64,000 bases of DNA from an uncultured Candidatus Saccharibacteria bacterium. GTDB taxonomy: Bacteria; Patescibacteriota; Minisyncoccia; Phycocordibacterales; WO2-35-19. Each line of letters opens with the position of its first letter. The stretch's first letter is position 1. The notes under the pieces are model-generated. The model was not told the DNA's origin. It saw only the letters and a program-made list of their open reading frames with translations, and ran no database searches. Position numbers and translations under genes: made by a program. Where the stretch lies: assembly GCA_964630525.1 (NCBI GenBank), contig CAZVUY010000002.1, positions 99,693 through 163,692 of the forward strand. Direction: 5' to 3'. Shown in pieces: positions 45,676-55,152 of this stretch.

Positions 45676-46278
45676 ATGATCAAAGACATGGAAGAAAAAG
45701 AAATCACAACAACCGAAGGAGAGGCTACTACCAGCGCTGAAGTCGTAGAGACTCCAGTTGTTTCGAGACAGGCGCCAGCTTCGATGAAAGAAAGGCGCAA
45801 GAATGAGCGCCGACCTTCAAGACGACCGGAAAGAGCCCGTCAAGAGTTTGATAGCAAAATCATCAGTATCCGACGAGTGACCCGAGTAACTTCTGGTGGT
45901 CGCCGATTTAGCTTTAGTATCGCTATCGTGGTGGGTGATAAGAAGGGGCGAGTGGGGGTAGGTGTCGGTAAGGCTGGGGACACACCTATTGCTGTCGACA
46001 AGGCTATGCGAGCCGCTAAGAAAGAGATGATCGTGGTGCCACTTACCAAAAAGGGTTCGATCGCTCACGAGGTGGAAGAAAAATACTCAAGTGCTCGTGT
46101 TTCCATTATGCCGGCACCAGGCAAGGGAGTGATCGCTGGTAGCGCTGTCCGTATCGTACTCGAACTTGCTGGTATAAAGGAAGTATCTTCCAAAATTCTT
46201 TCTCGTTCGAAGAATAAACTAAATATCGCGAGAGCTACCATCAAGGCATTGAGTAAGTTAAAAAATAAAAAGGGATAA
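45676..46278 (+). CDS. rpsE: 30S ribosomal protein S5 with N-terminal extension
   Basis: S5 dsRBD and C-terminal domain motifs. Confidence 0.9.
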   Translation: MIKDMEEKEITTTEGEATTSAEVVETPVVSRQAPASMKERRKNERRPSRRPERARQEFDSKIISIRRVTRVTSGGRRFSFSIAIVVGDKKGRVGVGVGKAGDTPIAVDKAMRAAKKEMIVVPLTKKGSIAHEVEEKYSSARVSIMPAPGKGVIAGSAVRIVLELAGIKEVSSKILSRSKNKLNIARATIKALSKLKNKKG

Positions 46279-46288
46279 AAGTAAAACA

Positions 46289-46735
46289 ATGCAATTCCAT
46301 AATTTAAAAAGAAATACAGCGAATAGGAAAGCCAAACAAGTTGGTCGTGGGGGTACCAGGGGCAAGACTGCTGGTCGTGGTACCAAAGGTCAAAACGCTC
46401 GATCTGGACGCAAGAAAAGACCAGAGATGCGCGACTTCATAAAGAAGTTGCCCAAATTGCGTGGTCGCGGCAAGAACTTTCTAAAATCTCGTTTTGTAGA
46501 TGCAAAACCAATCAACCTTTCGGTAATAGACAATAATTTTAAAGCGGGAGAATTGGTAAATATCAAATCCTTGCTAGAGAAAAAATTGATTGAGCAGAAA
46601 AATGGTAAAAATCCAGTGGTCAAAATATTGGCAGCTGGTAAACTTACTAAGCCACTCAATTTTGAGCAGGTGGCAGTTTCCCTAAATGCTAAAAAAGCAA
46701 TAGAAACTGCTGGCGGGAAGATAACTAATGAATAA
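46289..46735 (+). CDS. rplO: 50S ribosomal protein L15; no L30 gene between S5 and L15
   Basis: Gly/Arg-rich L15 N-terminus. Confidence 0.9.
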   Translation: MQFHNLKRNTANRKAKQVGRGGTRGKTAGRGTKGQNARSGRKKRPEMRDFIKKLPKLRGRGKNFLKSRFVDAKPINLSVIDNNFKAGELVNIKSLLEKKLIEQKNGKNPVVKILAAGKLTKPLNFEQVAVSLNAKKAIETAGGKITNE

Positions 46736-47999
46736 TTTTGCTCACAAAATTAGACTGATTTTTGGCGACAAGGTCCTACGGGGCAGGATCTTGTTTACTC
46801 TTTTTGTGCTGGTGCTTTTTCGAATGCTCTCAACCATCCCGATTCCTGGTATCGATACTCTAAGGTTGGAGCAATTTGTTTCGGGTAATGATTTTTTGGG
46901 TCTTTTGAATATATTTTCTGGTGGCGGTCTGTCTAATCTTTCGATCATTATGCTCGGTGTTTCGCCGAGCATCACCGCCTCGATCATCATGCAGCTTTTG
47001 ACGGTGATGTTTCCTAAACTGAAAGCCATGTATCAAGAAGATGGGGAGGTGGGTCGTCGCAAATTTGCTCAGTACTCCAGATTGCTCACGGTGCCACTGG
47101 CCTTCATCCAGGGCTATGCTTTCGTTACCCTTTTGCAAAATCAGAGTATTCTGGCCAGACTAGCTCCTTTTGAGCTCATTACCAATATCATAATCATCAG
47201 TGCCGGTTCGCTGCTACTTATGTGGTTGGGTGAATTGATTAGTGAGTTTGGAGTCGGCAATGGTCTTTCTCTGATTATTTTTGCGGGTATCGTATCGGCT
47301 TTGCCGGGTGCTATCGGCCGATTGTGGTTTGCTTTCGACCCATCCCAACTACCTACCTACATAGGTTTTCTAGCTGCCACTTTGTTGGTGATTTGGGGAG
47401 TAGTAATGATCACCGAAGCTGAAAGACCAATCCCGGTAACTTATGCTAAGCAAGTGAGAGGCAACAAGGTTTATGGTGGGGTTTCTACTTATTTGCCACT
47501 TCGGGTCAATCAGGCTGGAGTGATCCCCATTATCTTCGCCCTTTCTATCTTGCTATTTCCTCAGATGATCGTCAGATTTCTAACCAATGTTGATAATGCA
47601 ATCGTACAAAAAGTGGCAAGCACCATACTCGCTCTCCTCTCTAACCAAACTTTTTATGGAGCAGCTTATTTCTTGTTAGTGTTTATGTTTACTTACTTCT
47701 ACACTGCTATTACTTTTGATCCTGATTCTATCGCCAAAAATTTGCAACGCAGTGGTGCTTTTATCCCTGGAGTGCGACCTGGTGTTTCTACCTCAGCCCA
47801 TATCGCAAAGACCCTCTTCCGTCTTACCATGGTTGGAGCTCTATTTTTGGGAGTGATCGCTGTTTTGCCGATCGCGGTCGGAGCTTTGACTGGTATCAAT
47901 GCGGTTACTATCGGTGGTACCGGGCTGTTGATCGTAGTTTCTGTAGTAATTGACCTGATGAAGAAGATCGAAACTCAAGTTTCAGCTAGGGAATATTAA
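46728..47999 (+). CDS. secY: preprotein translocase subunit SecY
   Basis: 10-TM SecY sequence. Confidence 0.95.
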   Translation: MNNFAHKIRLIFGDKVLRGRILFTLFVLVLFRMLSTIPIPGIDTLRLEQFVSGNDFLGLLNIFSGGGLSNLSIIMLGVSPSITASIIMQLLTVMFPKLKAMYQEDGEVGRRKFAQYSRLLTVPLAFIQGYAFVTLLQNQSILARLAPFELITNIIIISAGSLLLMWLGELISEFGVGNGLSLIIFAGIVSALPGAIGRLWFAFDPSQLPTYIGFLAATLLVIWGVVMITEAERPIPVTYAKQVRGNKVYGGVSTYLPLRVNQAGVIPIIFALSILLFPQMIVRFLTNVDNAIVQKVASTILALLSNQTFYGAAYFLLVFMFTYFYTAITFDPDSIAKNLQRSGAFIPGVRPGVSTSAHIAKTLFRLTMVGALFLGVIAVLPIAVGALTGINAVTIGGTGLLIVVSVVIDLMKKIETQVSAREY

Positions 48000-48000
48000 A

Positions 48001-48080
48001 AAGCTTAGAGCTAAAAGGTAAAAGCTTAGAGAATGAAATCAACACTTGCAACTTTAAGCTCTAAGCTCTAAGCTTTAAGC
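48001..48080. repeat. small palindromic element with AAGCTTAGAGC / GCTCTAAGCTT terminal inverted repeats, between secY and adk
   Basis: AAGCTTAGAGCTAAAAGG...AAGCTCTAAGCTCTAAGCTTTAAGCT; related copies at 55645-55720 and 59535-59570. Confidence 0.7.
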
Positions 48081-48081
48081 T

Positions 48082-48675
48082 ATGATGCAACCACAAACTT
48101 TCATATTCTTTGGTCCATCGGGTTCCGGCAAGGGGACTCAGGCCAAGCTTCTTATTGATAAAATTAAAGAAAAAGACAGCAGTAAACCTGTTTTATATGT
48201 AGAAACAGGTCAAAAACTTAGGGACTTTGCAACCGAAGCTTCTTTCGCCGCTCGAGAAGCCAAAAATATAATGGAGTCAGGCGGCCTGCTTCCAGAATTT
48301 TTGCCGATTTGGATCTGGACAGAATATTTTATTCGACATGTTGCAGGCGATGAGCACTTGGTACTTGACGGGCTTTCGAGGAGGGCTCATGAAGCACCTA
48401 TCCTTGATTCAGCCATGAAGTTTTACAAAAGAGAAAATCCTTTTGTGATTTCCATAGATTTGCCGCGCGAAGTGGCTGCAGATCGTTTGCGCAACCGCAA
48501 GAGAAGTGATGACACAAATCTTGATATCGAAAAGAGGCTTGACTGGTACGACGAAAATGTTTTACCTGCAATCGAATATTTCAAAAGAAATCCTTACTAT
48601 CGTTTTATTTCTATTGGTGGTGATCAAAGTGTTGAGGTGGTCCATCAGGAAATTTTGAATAAAATCGGCTTTTAA
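48082..48675 (+). CDS. adk: adenylate kinase
   Basis: GPSGSGKGTQ P-loop. Confidence 0.9.
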   Translation: MMQPQTFIFFGPSGSGKGTQAKLLIDKIKEKDSSKPVLYVETGQKLRDFATEASFAAREAKNIMESGGLLPEFLPIWIWTEYFIRHVAGDEHLVLDGLSRRAHEAPILDSAMKFYKRENPFVISIDLPREVAADRLRNRKRSDDTNLDIEKRLDWYDENVLPAIEYFKRNPYYRFISIGGDQSVEVVHQEILNKIGF

Positions 48676-48678
48676 TTT

Positions 48679-49455
48679 ATGGCTATTAGATACAAGACAG
48701 AAGAGCAAATAGCTATAATGAGAGAGGGGGGCAAGATTCATGCCCGGATCTTGAAAGAGGTGGCCAAAAAGGTAAAACCCGGGATCAAGACAGATGAGCT
48801 CAATGATTATGCTGAGAAGTTGATCGATGAGGCTGGCTGCACTGCGTCTTTTTTGGGCTACCAACCCTATGATGCGAAGCGTCCGTATCCCGCTTCCCTC
48901 TGTGTATCAATCAACGAAGAGATTGTTCACGGTATTCCAAACGAAGGTGGTAGGTTGTTGTTTGAGGGCGATATCGTGACGCTTGATTTGGGTCTGACTT
49001 ACAACAATTTGATCACTGATGCGGCGATCACGGTACCTGTCGGCAAGGTTAGCAAAGAGGCAGAAACTTTGATTAAAGCAACGAGAGAGGCATTGGACCG
49101 GGGTATCTCTGCTATGCGCGTACGCGGCCATATCGGTGACATTGGTGAAGCGGTGATGCAAGTGGCGATGAAATATGATCTTGGGATTATCGAAGGCCTT
49201 TCTGGCCACGGGGTCGGTTTTGATGTGCACGAAGACCCTTTTGTACCAAACAGAGCCGAGCGGGGTGAAGGCCCAGAGATAAAGGCTGGTTTGGTGATCG
49301 CTATTGAGCCGATGCTTTCGCTTGGGAGCCGCGATGTGAAGCGGCTTTCTGATGGCTACACTTTTATCACTCGAGACAAATCACTCTCAGCTCACTTTGA
49401 ACATACTGTGGCGGTGGGTTATGATGGTAAGGTCGAAGTACTCACCAGGCTTTAG
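48679..49455 (+). CDS. map: methionine aminopeptidase type I
   Basis: Pita-bread fold metal ligands; position after adk. Confidence 0.9.
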   Translation: MAIRYKTEEQIAIMREGGKIHARILKEVAKKVKPGIKTDELNDYAEKLIDEAGCTASFLGYQPYDAKRPYPASLCVSINEEIVHGIPNEGGRLLFEGDIVTLDLGLTYNNLITDAAITVPVGKVSKEAETLIKATREALDRGISAMRVRGHIGDIGEAVMQVAMKYDLGIIEGLSGHGVGFDVHEDPFVPNRAERGEGPEIKAGLVIAIEPMLSLGSRDVKRLSDGYTFITRDKSLSAHFEHTVAVGYDGKVEVLTRL

Positions 49456-49495
49456 TAAGCTGTTGGGTCAATTAGAAATTAGAGCAATTTATCCT

Positions 49496-50101
49496 ATGGC
49501 GCACTATAAAGAAGAACGCACCTTGGTTGTTATTAAACCAGATGGTATCCAACGATCGTTGATTGGTGAAATTATAAAAAGGTATGAGAGACTGGGTCTT
49601 AAACTGGTTGCTACCAAAATGTTGGTCACTACTCCAGAATTTATTGAAAAGCATTACACTCTTGATCCAGCTTGGCGTAAAGTCACCGGAGAGAAGACAA
49701 TCAAGGGTTACAAAGACAAAGGTCTAACACCCCCGTCTGAGGATCCTTTTGAGATTACTGACAAAATTCTTACTAATTTAAAACACTATATGACAAGTGG
49801 TCCAGTGATTGCGATGGTTTGGCAAGGAGCTCACGCTGTCAAAATAGTTCGCAAAGTTACTGGAGGTACCGAACCGTTATCGACCGATGTGGGGAGTATC
49901 AGGGGTGACTTTGTAGTTGATTCATACCAGATGTCAGATACTGACAACCGAGCCATTAGGAACTTGATCCATGCGTCAGGTTCGGTGGAGGAAGCGGAGA
50001 ATGAGATAAAACACTGGTTTAAAGAAGGAGAAATCGTCAATTATCGCTTAGTGGGAGAACAAATACTTTATGATGTAAATCTTGACGGTATTTTAGAGTA
50101 A
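49496..50101 (+). CDS. ndk: nucleoside diphosphate kinase with an internal insertion
   Basis: VVIKPDG, catalytic-His region and SD...NxIHASGS motifs; about 200 aa versus a typical ~140. Confidence 0.85.
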   Translation: MAHYKEERTLVVIKPDGIQRSLIGEIIKRYERLGLKLVATKMLVTTPEFIEKHYTLDPAWRKVTGEKTIKGYKDKGLTPPSEDPFEITDKILTNLKHYMTSGPVIAMVWQGAHAVKIVRKVTGGTEPLSTDVGSIRGDFVVDSYQMSDTDNRAIRNLIHASGSVEEAENEIKHWFKEGEIVNYRLVGEQILYDVNLDGILE

Positions 50102-50302
50102 TCTATTTTATCGGAACATATTATCTACTGTTTTTGAACTATTAAACTAACCTGATTTTGTTATAATTGCCTCAGGGTTACTCGGATATTTTCTAGATTG
50201 CACATATTCAGGGAGGCTAACTTTTTGCGGTAAATATGCCGTGATCGAGGCCACCCACCTAATATTTTTCAATTAGGGAATTATACTGGGTAACCCCACA
50301 AG

Positions 50303-50331
50303 GAGGCTCGTCCTAAAAGACGAGTTTTCTT
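50303..50331 (+). terminator. rho-independent terminator in the ndk-downstream intergenic region
   Basis: CTCGTC-CTAAAA-GACGAG followed by TTTTCTT. Confidence 0.5.
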
Positions 50332-50376
50332 GTAAAACACAATAGCTCAAGAATCGGTTTGTGGTAAGATAACAGT

Positions 50377-50808
50377 ATGTTAAGAAAACCGCTTTTTTTG
50401 GAGATGTTTGCCCTGCTCCTCATTGTCGGGGTAGTTAATTATTTTGCTACCGTTTATAATCTTTACTGGTCAGTCAATGAATTAGATAGTGTAGTGCACT
50501 TTCTGGGGGGTGCTAGTTTGGCTGCTTTTTTTCTGTGGTTATATTTTTTCTCTGGTTTTTTTAATCCGAGAGATAGGGGACTAGCTAGATTTTTTTTCGT
50601 TGCAATGATTGGATCTTTGGCGATCGCGGTTGCTTGGGAAGCGTACGAGCTCTTGCTTGGTGAAGCGGTGATCCAAAAAGCGGCTTATCCTTATGACACG
50701 ACACTCGACTTCATTATGGATTTTTTGGGGATGGTAGCGGTGACTTTTTATGGTTATTTGAGAGAAATCAATTTTAAGAAAATCACTATTCAACAAAATG
50801 AAGGTTAA
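50377..50808 (+). CDS. polytopic membrane protein of unknown function
   Basis: Four hydrophobic helices. Confidence 0.4.
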   Translation: MLRKPLFLEMFALLLIVGVVNYFATVYNLYWSVNELDSVVHFLGGASLAAFFLWLYFFSGFFNPRDRGLARFFFVAMIGSLAIAVAWEAYELLLGEAVIQKAAYPYDTTLDFIMDFLGMVAVTFYGYLREINFKKITIQQNEG

Positions 50809-52186
50809 TTCGAAATTAATTTTTTATGGCGGGGTCGGGACAACAACTGGGGCCAACATTTTGCTTGATGGTGGTGACAAAAAAATAATGGTTGATTGCG
50901 GACTCCTGCAAGGAGCTAGACAATCTGAAATGAAGAATTTTAAACCTTTTGCTTATGACCCTAAATCTATCGATTTTTTGCTTATTACCCACGCCCACAT
51001 GGACCATATAGGCAGAGTACCCAAATTAGTCAGGGAGGGTTTCAATGGCCAGATCATCTCTACTCAGGAGACCTTGGAGCTTGCCCAACCAATGCTCCAG
51101 GATGCTCTCCGGGTGATGCAGACTAGACACAAAGGCAGCACTCTTTTTGAGCTGAAGGATATCGAAAAAGCGCTTACCCTCTGGCGGGGCTATAAATACG
51201 GTGAAGTGATCGGTTTGGGTCAGTCTTGCCAACTTAGCATGATAGATGCTGGTCATATCCTCGGTTCGGCCATTTTAAACATTACTTGTGGTGATGGGGA
51301 AAATAAGAAAAATATTGTTTTTACTGGCGACCTAGGCAATTCACCATCGCCTCTTTTGTCAGATACTCAAATTCCCAAAGACGCAGATTATTTGATAATG
51401 GAGAGTGTCTATGGCGATCGCAATCATGAACCCAAGGCGGAAAGACGGGCCAGATTAAAACAAGCAATTCTGAATGGTATCGAGAAAGGGGGGACGATTG
51501 TTATTCCAGCATTTTCGATCGAACGAACCCAGGTGTTGCTCTACGAAATAAACAATATGGTGGAAGACAAAGAAATTCCGACTATACCGGTTTTTCTGGA
51601 CTCACCATTAGCTAGCAAAGTTACTCATATTTATAAAAAGCATCAAGACAATTTCAAAAAATCGGTCCAGGAAGAGATCAAAAATGGCGATGATATTTTT
51701 GATTTCCCGAATCTCAAAATAATCGGCCGGTCAGCTGAGTCGCGAGAAATCGAAAACGTGAAGGGAGCTAAGATTATTTTGGCTGGTTCGGGTATGTCAG
51801 AGGGTGGGAGGGTGGTCAATCACGAGCTCAATTATCTAGGCGACCCGAAAGCCACTATTCTCTTGGTCGGATATCAGTCGGTCGGGTCGCTCGGTAGAAA
51901 AATAGCCGAAAAACCAAAAGAAATTGAAATAGTGGATAATGGTCGGCGAGAAAAAATAAAAGTCAGAGCCACAATAGAAAGTATTATGGGCTATTCTTCC
52001 CACAAAGACTCCGAGCATCTTTTGGAATTTGTCGAGCAGGTGATCAGCAAGTCTGCCCATCTCAAGAAAGTTTTTGTGATTATGGGCGAACCTAAATCCT
52101 CTCTTTTTCTCACTCAACGCGTCCGCGACTATCTAGATATCGAAGCTATTTATCCGGAAGTGGGAAAGGAGTATATTTTGGAGTGA
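50798..52186 (+). CDS. beta-CASP family MBL-fold ribonuclease (RNase J/CPSF-like)
   Basis: ITHAHMDHIGRVP HxHxDH motif, beta-CASP and C-terminal region, about 460 aa. Confidence 0.75.
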   Translation: MKVNSKLIFYGGVGTTTGANILLDGGDKKIMVDCGLLQGARQSEMKNFKPFAYDPKSIDFLLITHAHMDHIGRVPKLVREGFNGQIISTQETLELAQPMLQDALRVMQTRHKGSTLFELKDIEKALTLWRGYKYGEVIGLGQSCQLSMIDAGHILGSAILNITCGDGENKKNIVFTGDLGNSPSPLLSDTQIPKDADYLIMESVYGDRNHEPKAERRARLKQAILNGIEKGGTIVIPAFSIERTQVLLYEINNMVEDKEIPTIPVFLDSPLASKVTHIYKKHQDNFKKSVQEEIKNGDDIFDFPNLKIIGRSAESREIENVKGAKIILAGSGMSEGGRVVNHELNYLGDPKATILLVGYQSVGSLGRKIAEKPKEIEIVDNGRREKIKVRATIESIMGYSSHKDSEHLLEFVEQVISKSAHLKKVFVIMGEPKSSLFLTQRVRDYLDIEAIYPEVGKEYILE

Positions 52187-52198
52187 AAACATGCTAGT

Positions 52199-52429
52199 AT
52201 GATATTTATGAAAAGGGAATTTACAGCTATATATAAAAAAAGCGGAAATTGGTTTCTGGCTTGGGTAGAAGAAATTCCTGGTGTAAATACTCAAGGTAGG
52301 ACATTGAAAGAAGTAAAAGAAAACCTAAAAGAAGCTATTCGGCTTGTCATTGAATCGAATAGAAACATCTATTCCGGCAAATTTGCCGATCTTAAAAGAG
52401 AACCAATATCAATAAAAATGTCGGTCTAA
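52199..52429 (+). CDS. hicB: HicB-family antitoxin
   Basis: EFTAIYKKSGNWFLAWVEEIPGVNTQGRTLKEVKENLKEAI is the UPF0150/HicB fold signature. Confidence 0.7.
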   Translation: MIFMKREFTAIYKKSGNWFLAWVEEIPGVNTQGRTLKEVKENLKEAIRLVIESNRNIYSGKFADLKREPISIKMSV

Positions 52430-52430
52430 A

Positions 52431-52625
52431 ATGAAAAGACTGAAGTTTGTTTTGCATCTAAATTTTTATCACTGCATTTTGATCAGAGAAGGGGCTAAAC
52501 ATTCTGTTTTCTACAATACAAAAACGGGACAAACATCAACCGTACCAAGACATTCTGAAATAAATAATTTTCTTGCTCGCAAAATTTGCCGAGATTTGGG
52601 GATACCAATAATAAAACTAAGATAG
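52431..52625 (+). CDS. hicA: HicA-family mRNA interferase toxin
   Basis: 64-aa basic protein with ...TVPRHSEINNFLARKICRDLGIP; starts 2 nt after the hicB stop. Confidence 0.65.
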   Translation: MKRLKFVLHLNFYHCILIREGAKHSVFYNTKTGQTSTVPRHSEINNFLARKICRDLGIPIIKLR

Positions 52626-52638
52626 AGTAATAAAAGCC

Positions 52639-52660
52639 CCGCGTCTGGTGAAGGACGCGA
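52639..52660. terminator. bidirectional hairpin between convergent hicA and rny
   Basis: CGCGTC-N8-GACGCG; U-rich on the minus side. Confidence 0.5.
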
Positions 52661-52694
52661 GGCGAGGTGAAGTTTAATAGCGTAGGTTTTGAGG

Positions 52695-54227
52695 TTACCT
52701 CGCAAATTCGATGGTGCGGGATTCGCGGATGACGACGACTTTGATTTCGCCTGGGTATTTGAGTTCATTTTCGATACGGACGGCGATATCGCGAGCCATG
52801 TTCTTGGCTTCTAGGTCGGTGACTTGAGCTGGAGTGACGAACACCCGCAGCTCGCGACCAGCCTGGAGGGCGTAAGCCTTTTCGACCCCGGTGATTGCAG
52901 TGGCGATCGATTCGAGGTCACCAAGTCGTTTTAGATAATTTTCCACACTGTCTCTTCTTGCCCCTGGTCTGGCTCCAGAAATAGCGTCAGCGGCTTGGAC
53001 GATATAAGATTCTAGAGTGGAATAAGGATATTCGCCGTGGTGGGATTCCATGGCACGAATGATCCGCTCATCTGCCCCAAATTTTTGAAGGATTCGGCGA
53101 CCGATTTCAACATGGGTACCAGCGATCTCGTGGTCTACGGCTTTGCCGATATCGTGAAGGAGAGCACCCGCTTTGGCGATGGCGACATTGGCACCTATTT
53201 CAGTAGCGATCATGCCCGCTACGTGTGCCATCTCAACTGAGTGTTGGAGAACATTTTGGCCGTAAGAAGTGCGGAAATGGAGGCGACCAAGTATGCTAAT
53301 AATTCGAGGATCCAAGTTGAAGACACCGCATTCGTAAGCGGCTTGTTCACCCTTTTCTTTCATTATTTTGTTAATTTCCTGTCTCGCTTTTTCAACCATT
53401 TCTTCTATTTTGGCTGGCTGAATACGACCGTCTTGGATAAGGTTTTCAAGGGCTACCCGAGCGATCTGGCGACGTACTGAGTCATACGAGGAGAGGGTGA
53501 TCAGGCCTGGTGTATCATCTACTATCACTTCTACTCCGGAAGCTCTCTCAAAAGCTTTGATGTTGCGACCCTCTTTACCGATAATTTTACCCTTGATTTC
53601 ATCAGAAGGGATGGCGACCGTGGTCGAGAAGACTTCAGATGATACAGAATTGGCCAATCGCTGGATTGAGGTGGTCAGTATCTCTTTGGCACGATTTTCA
53701 ATCTTTTCGTTGCCGCCATTTTCTAATTTTTGCATCCTAACGATCACGTCCTCTTCCGCTTTGCGCTCGATTTCCTTCATCAACAGGTCTTTGGCTTGTT
53801 CTTCGGAAAGGCCGGCTATCCTCTGCAAATCAGCTGTCTTCTGCTTTTCTAGAGACTCTGCTTTTTCACGAATGATTTTTATTTCGGCTACTCTTTCTTT
53901 GACCTGCTCTACTTCTTTGTCGATATCAAGTTGTCTTTTGTCCAAGAATTCCTCTTTTTTGATCAGGCGATCTTCGGTCTTTTTTAACTTTTCTTCTTTC
54001 TCTTTAAACTCATTCCTGGTTTCTTTGGCTAATTCTTCAGCCTTGGTGGTCGCTTCCTCGATGATCTTCTTGGCCTCTTCCTTGGCGTGCAGCTCCATCT
54101 GCTTGATGCGCAACTCTACCGAACCTCTTTGGCCCAACGAAATGATCCAGCGCAAGAAATACCCAAAAGCCACACCCAATAGGGCAGCTAGACCTGAGAG
54201 CAGTATCGCTAACTTTAATGACAGCAT
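52695..54227 (-). CDS. rny: ribonuclease Y
   Basis: N-terminal TM, coiled coil, KH domain, HD domain (LLHDIGKAVDHE). Confidence 0.9.
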   Translation of the reverse strand: MLSLKLAILLSGLAALLGVAFGYFLRWIISLGQRGSVELRIKQMELHAKEEAKKIIEEATTKAEELAKETRNEFKEKEEKLKKTEDRLIKKEEFLDKRQLDIDKEVEQVKERVAEIKIIREKAESLEKQKTADLQRIAGLSEEQAKDLLMKEIERKAEEDVIVRMQKLENGGNEKIENRAKEILTTSIQRLANSVSSEVFSTTVAIPSDEIKGKIIGKEGRNIKAFERASGVEVIVDDTPGLITLSSYDSVRRQIARVALENLIQDGRIQPAKIEEMVEKARQEINKIMKEKGEQAAYECGVFNLDPRIISILGRLHFRTSYGQNVLQHSVEMAHVAGMIATEIGANVAIAKAGALLHDIGKAVDHEIAGTHVEIGRRILQKFGADERIIRAMESHHGEYPYSTLESYIVQAADAISGARPGARRDSVENYLKRLGDLESIATAITGVEKAYALQAGRELRVFVTPAQVTDLEAKNMARDIAVRIENELKYPGEIKVVVIRESRTIEFAR

Positions 54228-54382
54228 ATATTTGACTGTAATTCCGTCCAGGTTTTAGAAAAATAACGAGATTTTATTTATTTTTAGGTAAACTAAGCTC
54301 ATTTCAGGTGAAAAATCAGACGAAATCACTAATTTAAATGTTAATGAAGATATTATACAAACTTTAGCCAAAAAGGCAAAAT

Positions 54383-54958
54383 TTAGAGAATTTTGTCGAC
54401 AATACCGTATTTCTTGGCTTCCTCGGCTGACATGAAGAAATCTCTCTCTACATCAGCTTCTATTTTTGATAGCGGCTGACCCGTATGTTCGGCTAGCATT
54501 TTGTTGAGGTTATCCTTTGTTTTTAGGATATGTTTGGCTGAAATTGCGATATCAGTGGCCTGACCTTCCGCGCCGCCTAGAGGTTGGTGGATCATGACTT
54601 CTGCATTTGGCAAGATAAATCTTTTACCTTTGGCACCGGCGGAAAGTATCATGGCTGCACCGGAGGCAGCGATACCGATACAATAGACTGCCACATCGGG
54701 CTTGATAAACTTCATAGTATCTATTATGGCCAAAGTCGAAGTGACAGAGCCTCCGGGTGAATTGATATAGACAGAGATGTCTTTTTTCGCATCTTCTGCC
54801 TGCAAGAAAAGCATCTGGGCGATTATAAGATTGGCCATGGTATCTTCAATCGGACCGCCCAAAAAGATGATTCTATCTTTCAAAAGGCGAGAGTAAATAT
54901 CATAAGCTCGCTCTCCTTGATGGGTCTTTTCGATCACTGTTGGTACTAAAATACTCAT
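54383..54958 (-). CDS. clpP: ATP-dependent Clp protease proteolytic subunit
   Basis: Canonical ClpP sequence. Confidence 0.95.
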   Translation of the reverse strand: MSILVPTVIEKTHQGERAYDIYSRLLKDRIIFLGGPIEDTMANLIIAQMLFLQAEDAKKDISVYINSPGGSVTSTLAIIDTMKFIKPDVAVYCIGIAASGAAMILSAGAKGKRFILPNAEVMIHQPLGGAEGQATDIAISAKHILKTKDNLNKMLAEHTGQPLSKIEADVERDFFMSAEEAKKYGIVDKIL

Positions 54959-54976
54959 ATGTTTGTTTAATTTGTA

Positions 54977-55092
54977 ACTTACGCAAAATAGTCCTTAAGC
55001 GAGATTCCGGAAGCTGCTGGAAAGCTGAGGACAAGGAAATTTTTAGCAAAAAATTTCCGTATCGAGCGAAAGGAGCTATTTTGCGTAAGTGT
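54977..55092. repeat. nested inverted repeats in the clpP/rsmE divergent leader: outer 15/16-bp arms AACTTACGCAAAATAG / CTATTTTGCGTAAGTG enclosing an inner hairpin GGAAATTTTT-AGCA-AAAAATTTCC
   Basis: Read directly from the sequence. Confidence 0.6.
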
Positions 55093-55152
55093 TAATTACT
55101 AAGGTCAACAATATAGCATAAATTTGGCTTTTGCGCTAGGATAAAGATACCA

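Noticed and set aside
53037-54258. Plus-strand ORFs antisense to rny, including the 253-aa one at 53497-54258
   Set aside because: The translation is low-complexity and Ser/Leu-rich, and lies opposite a well-conserved RNase Y gene. The same applies to the antisense ORFs inside mreB (11458-11844), xer (57714-58199) and the prepilin gene (63023-63505).
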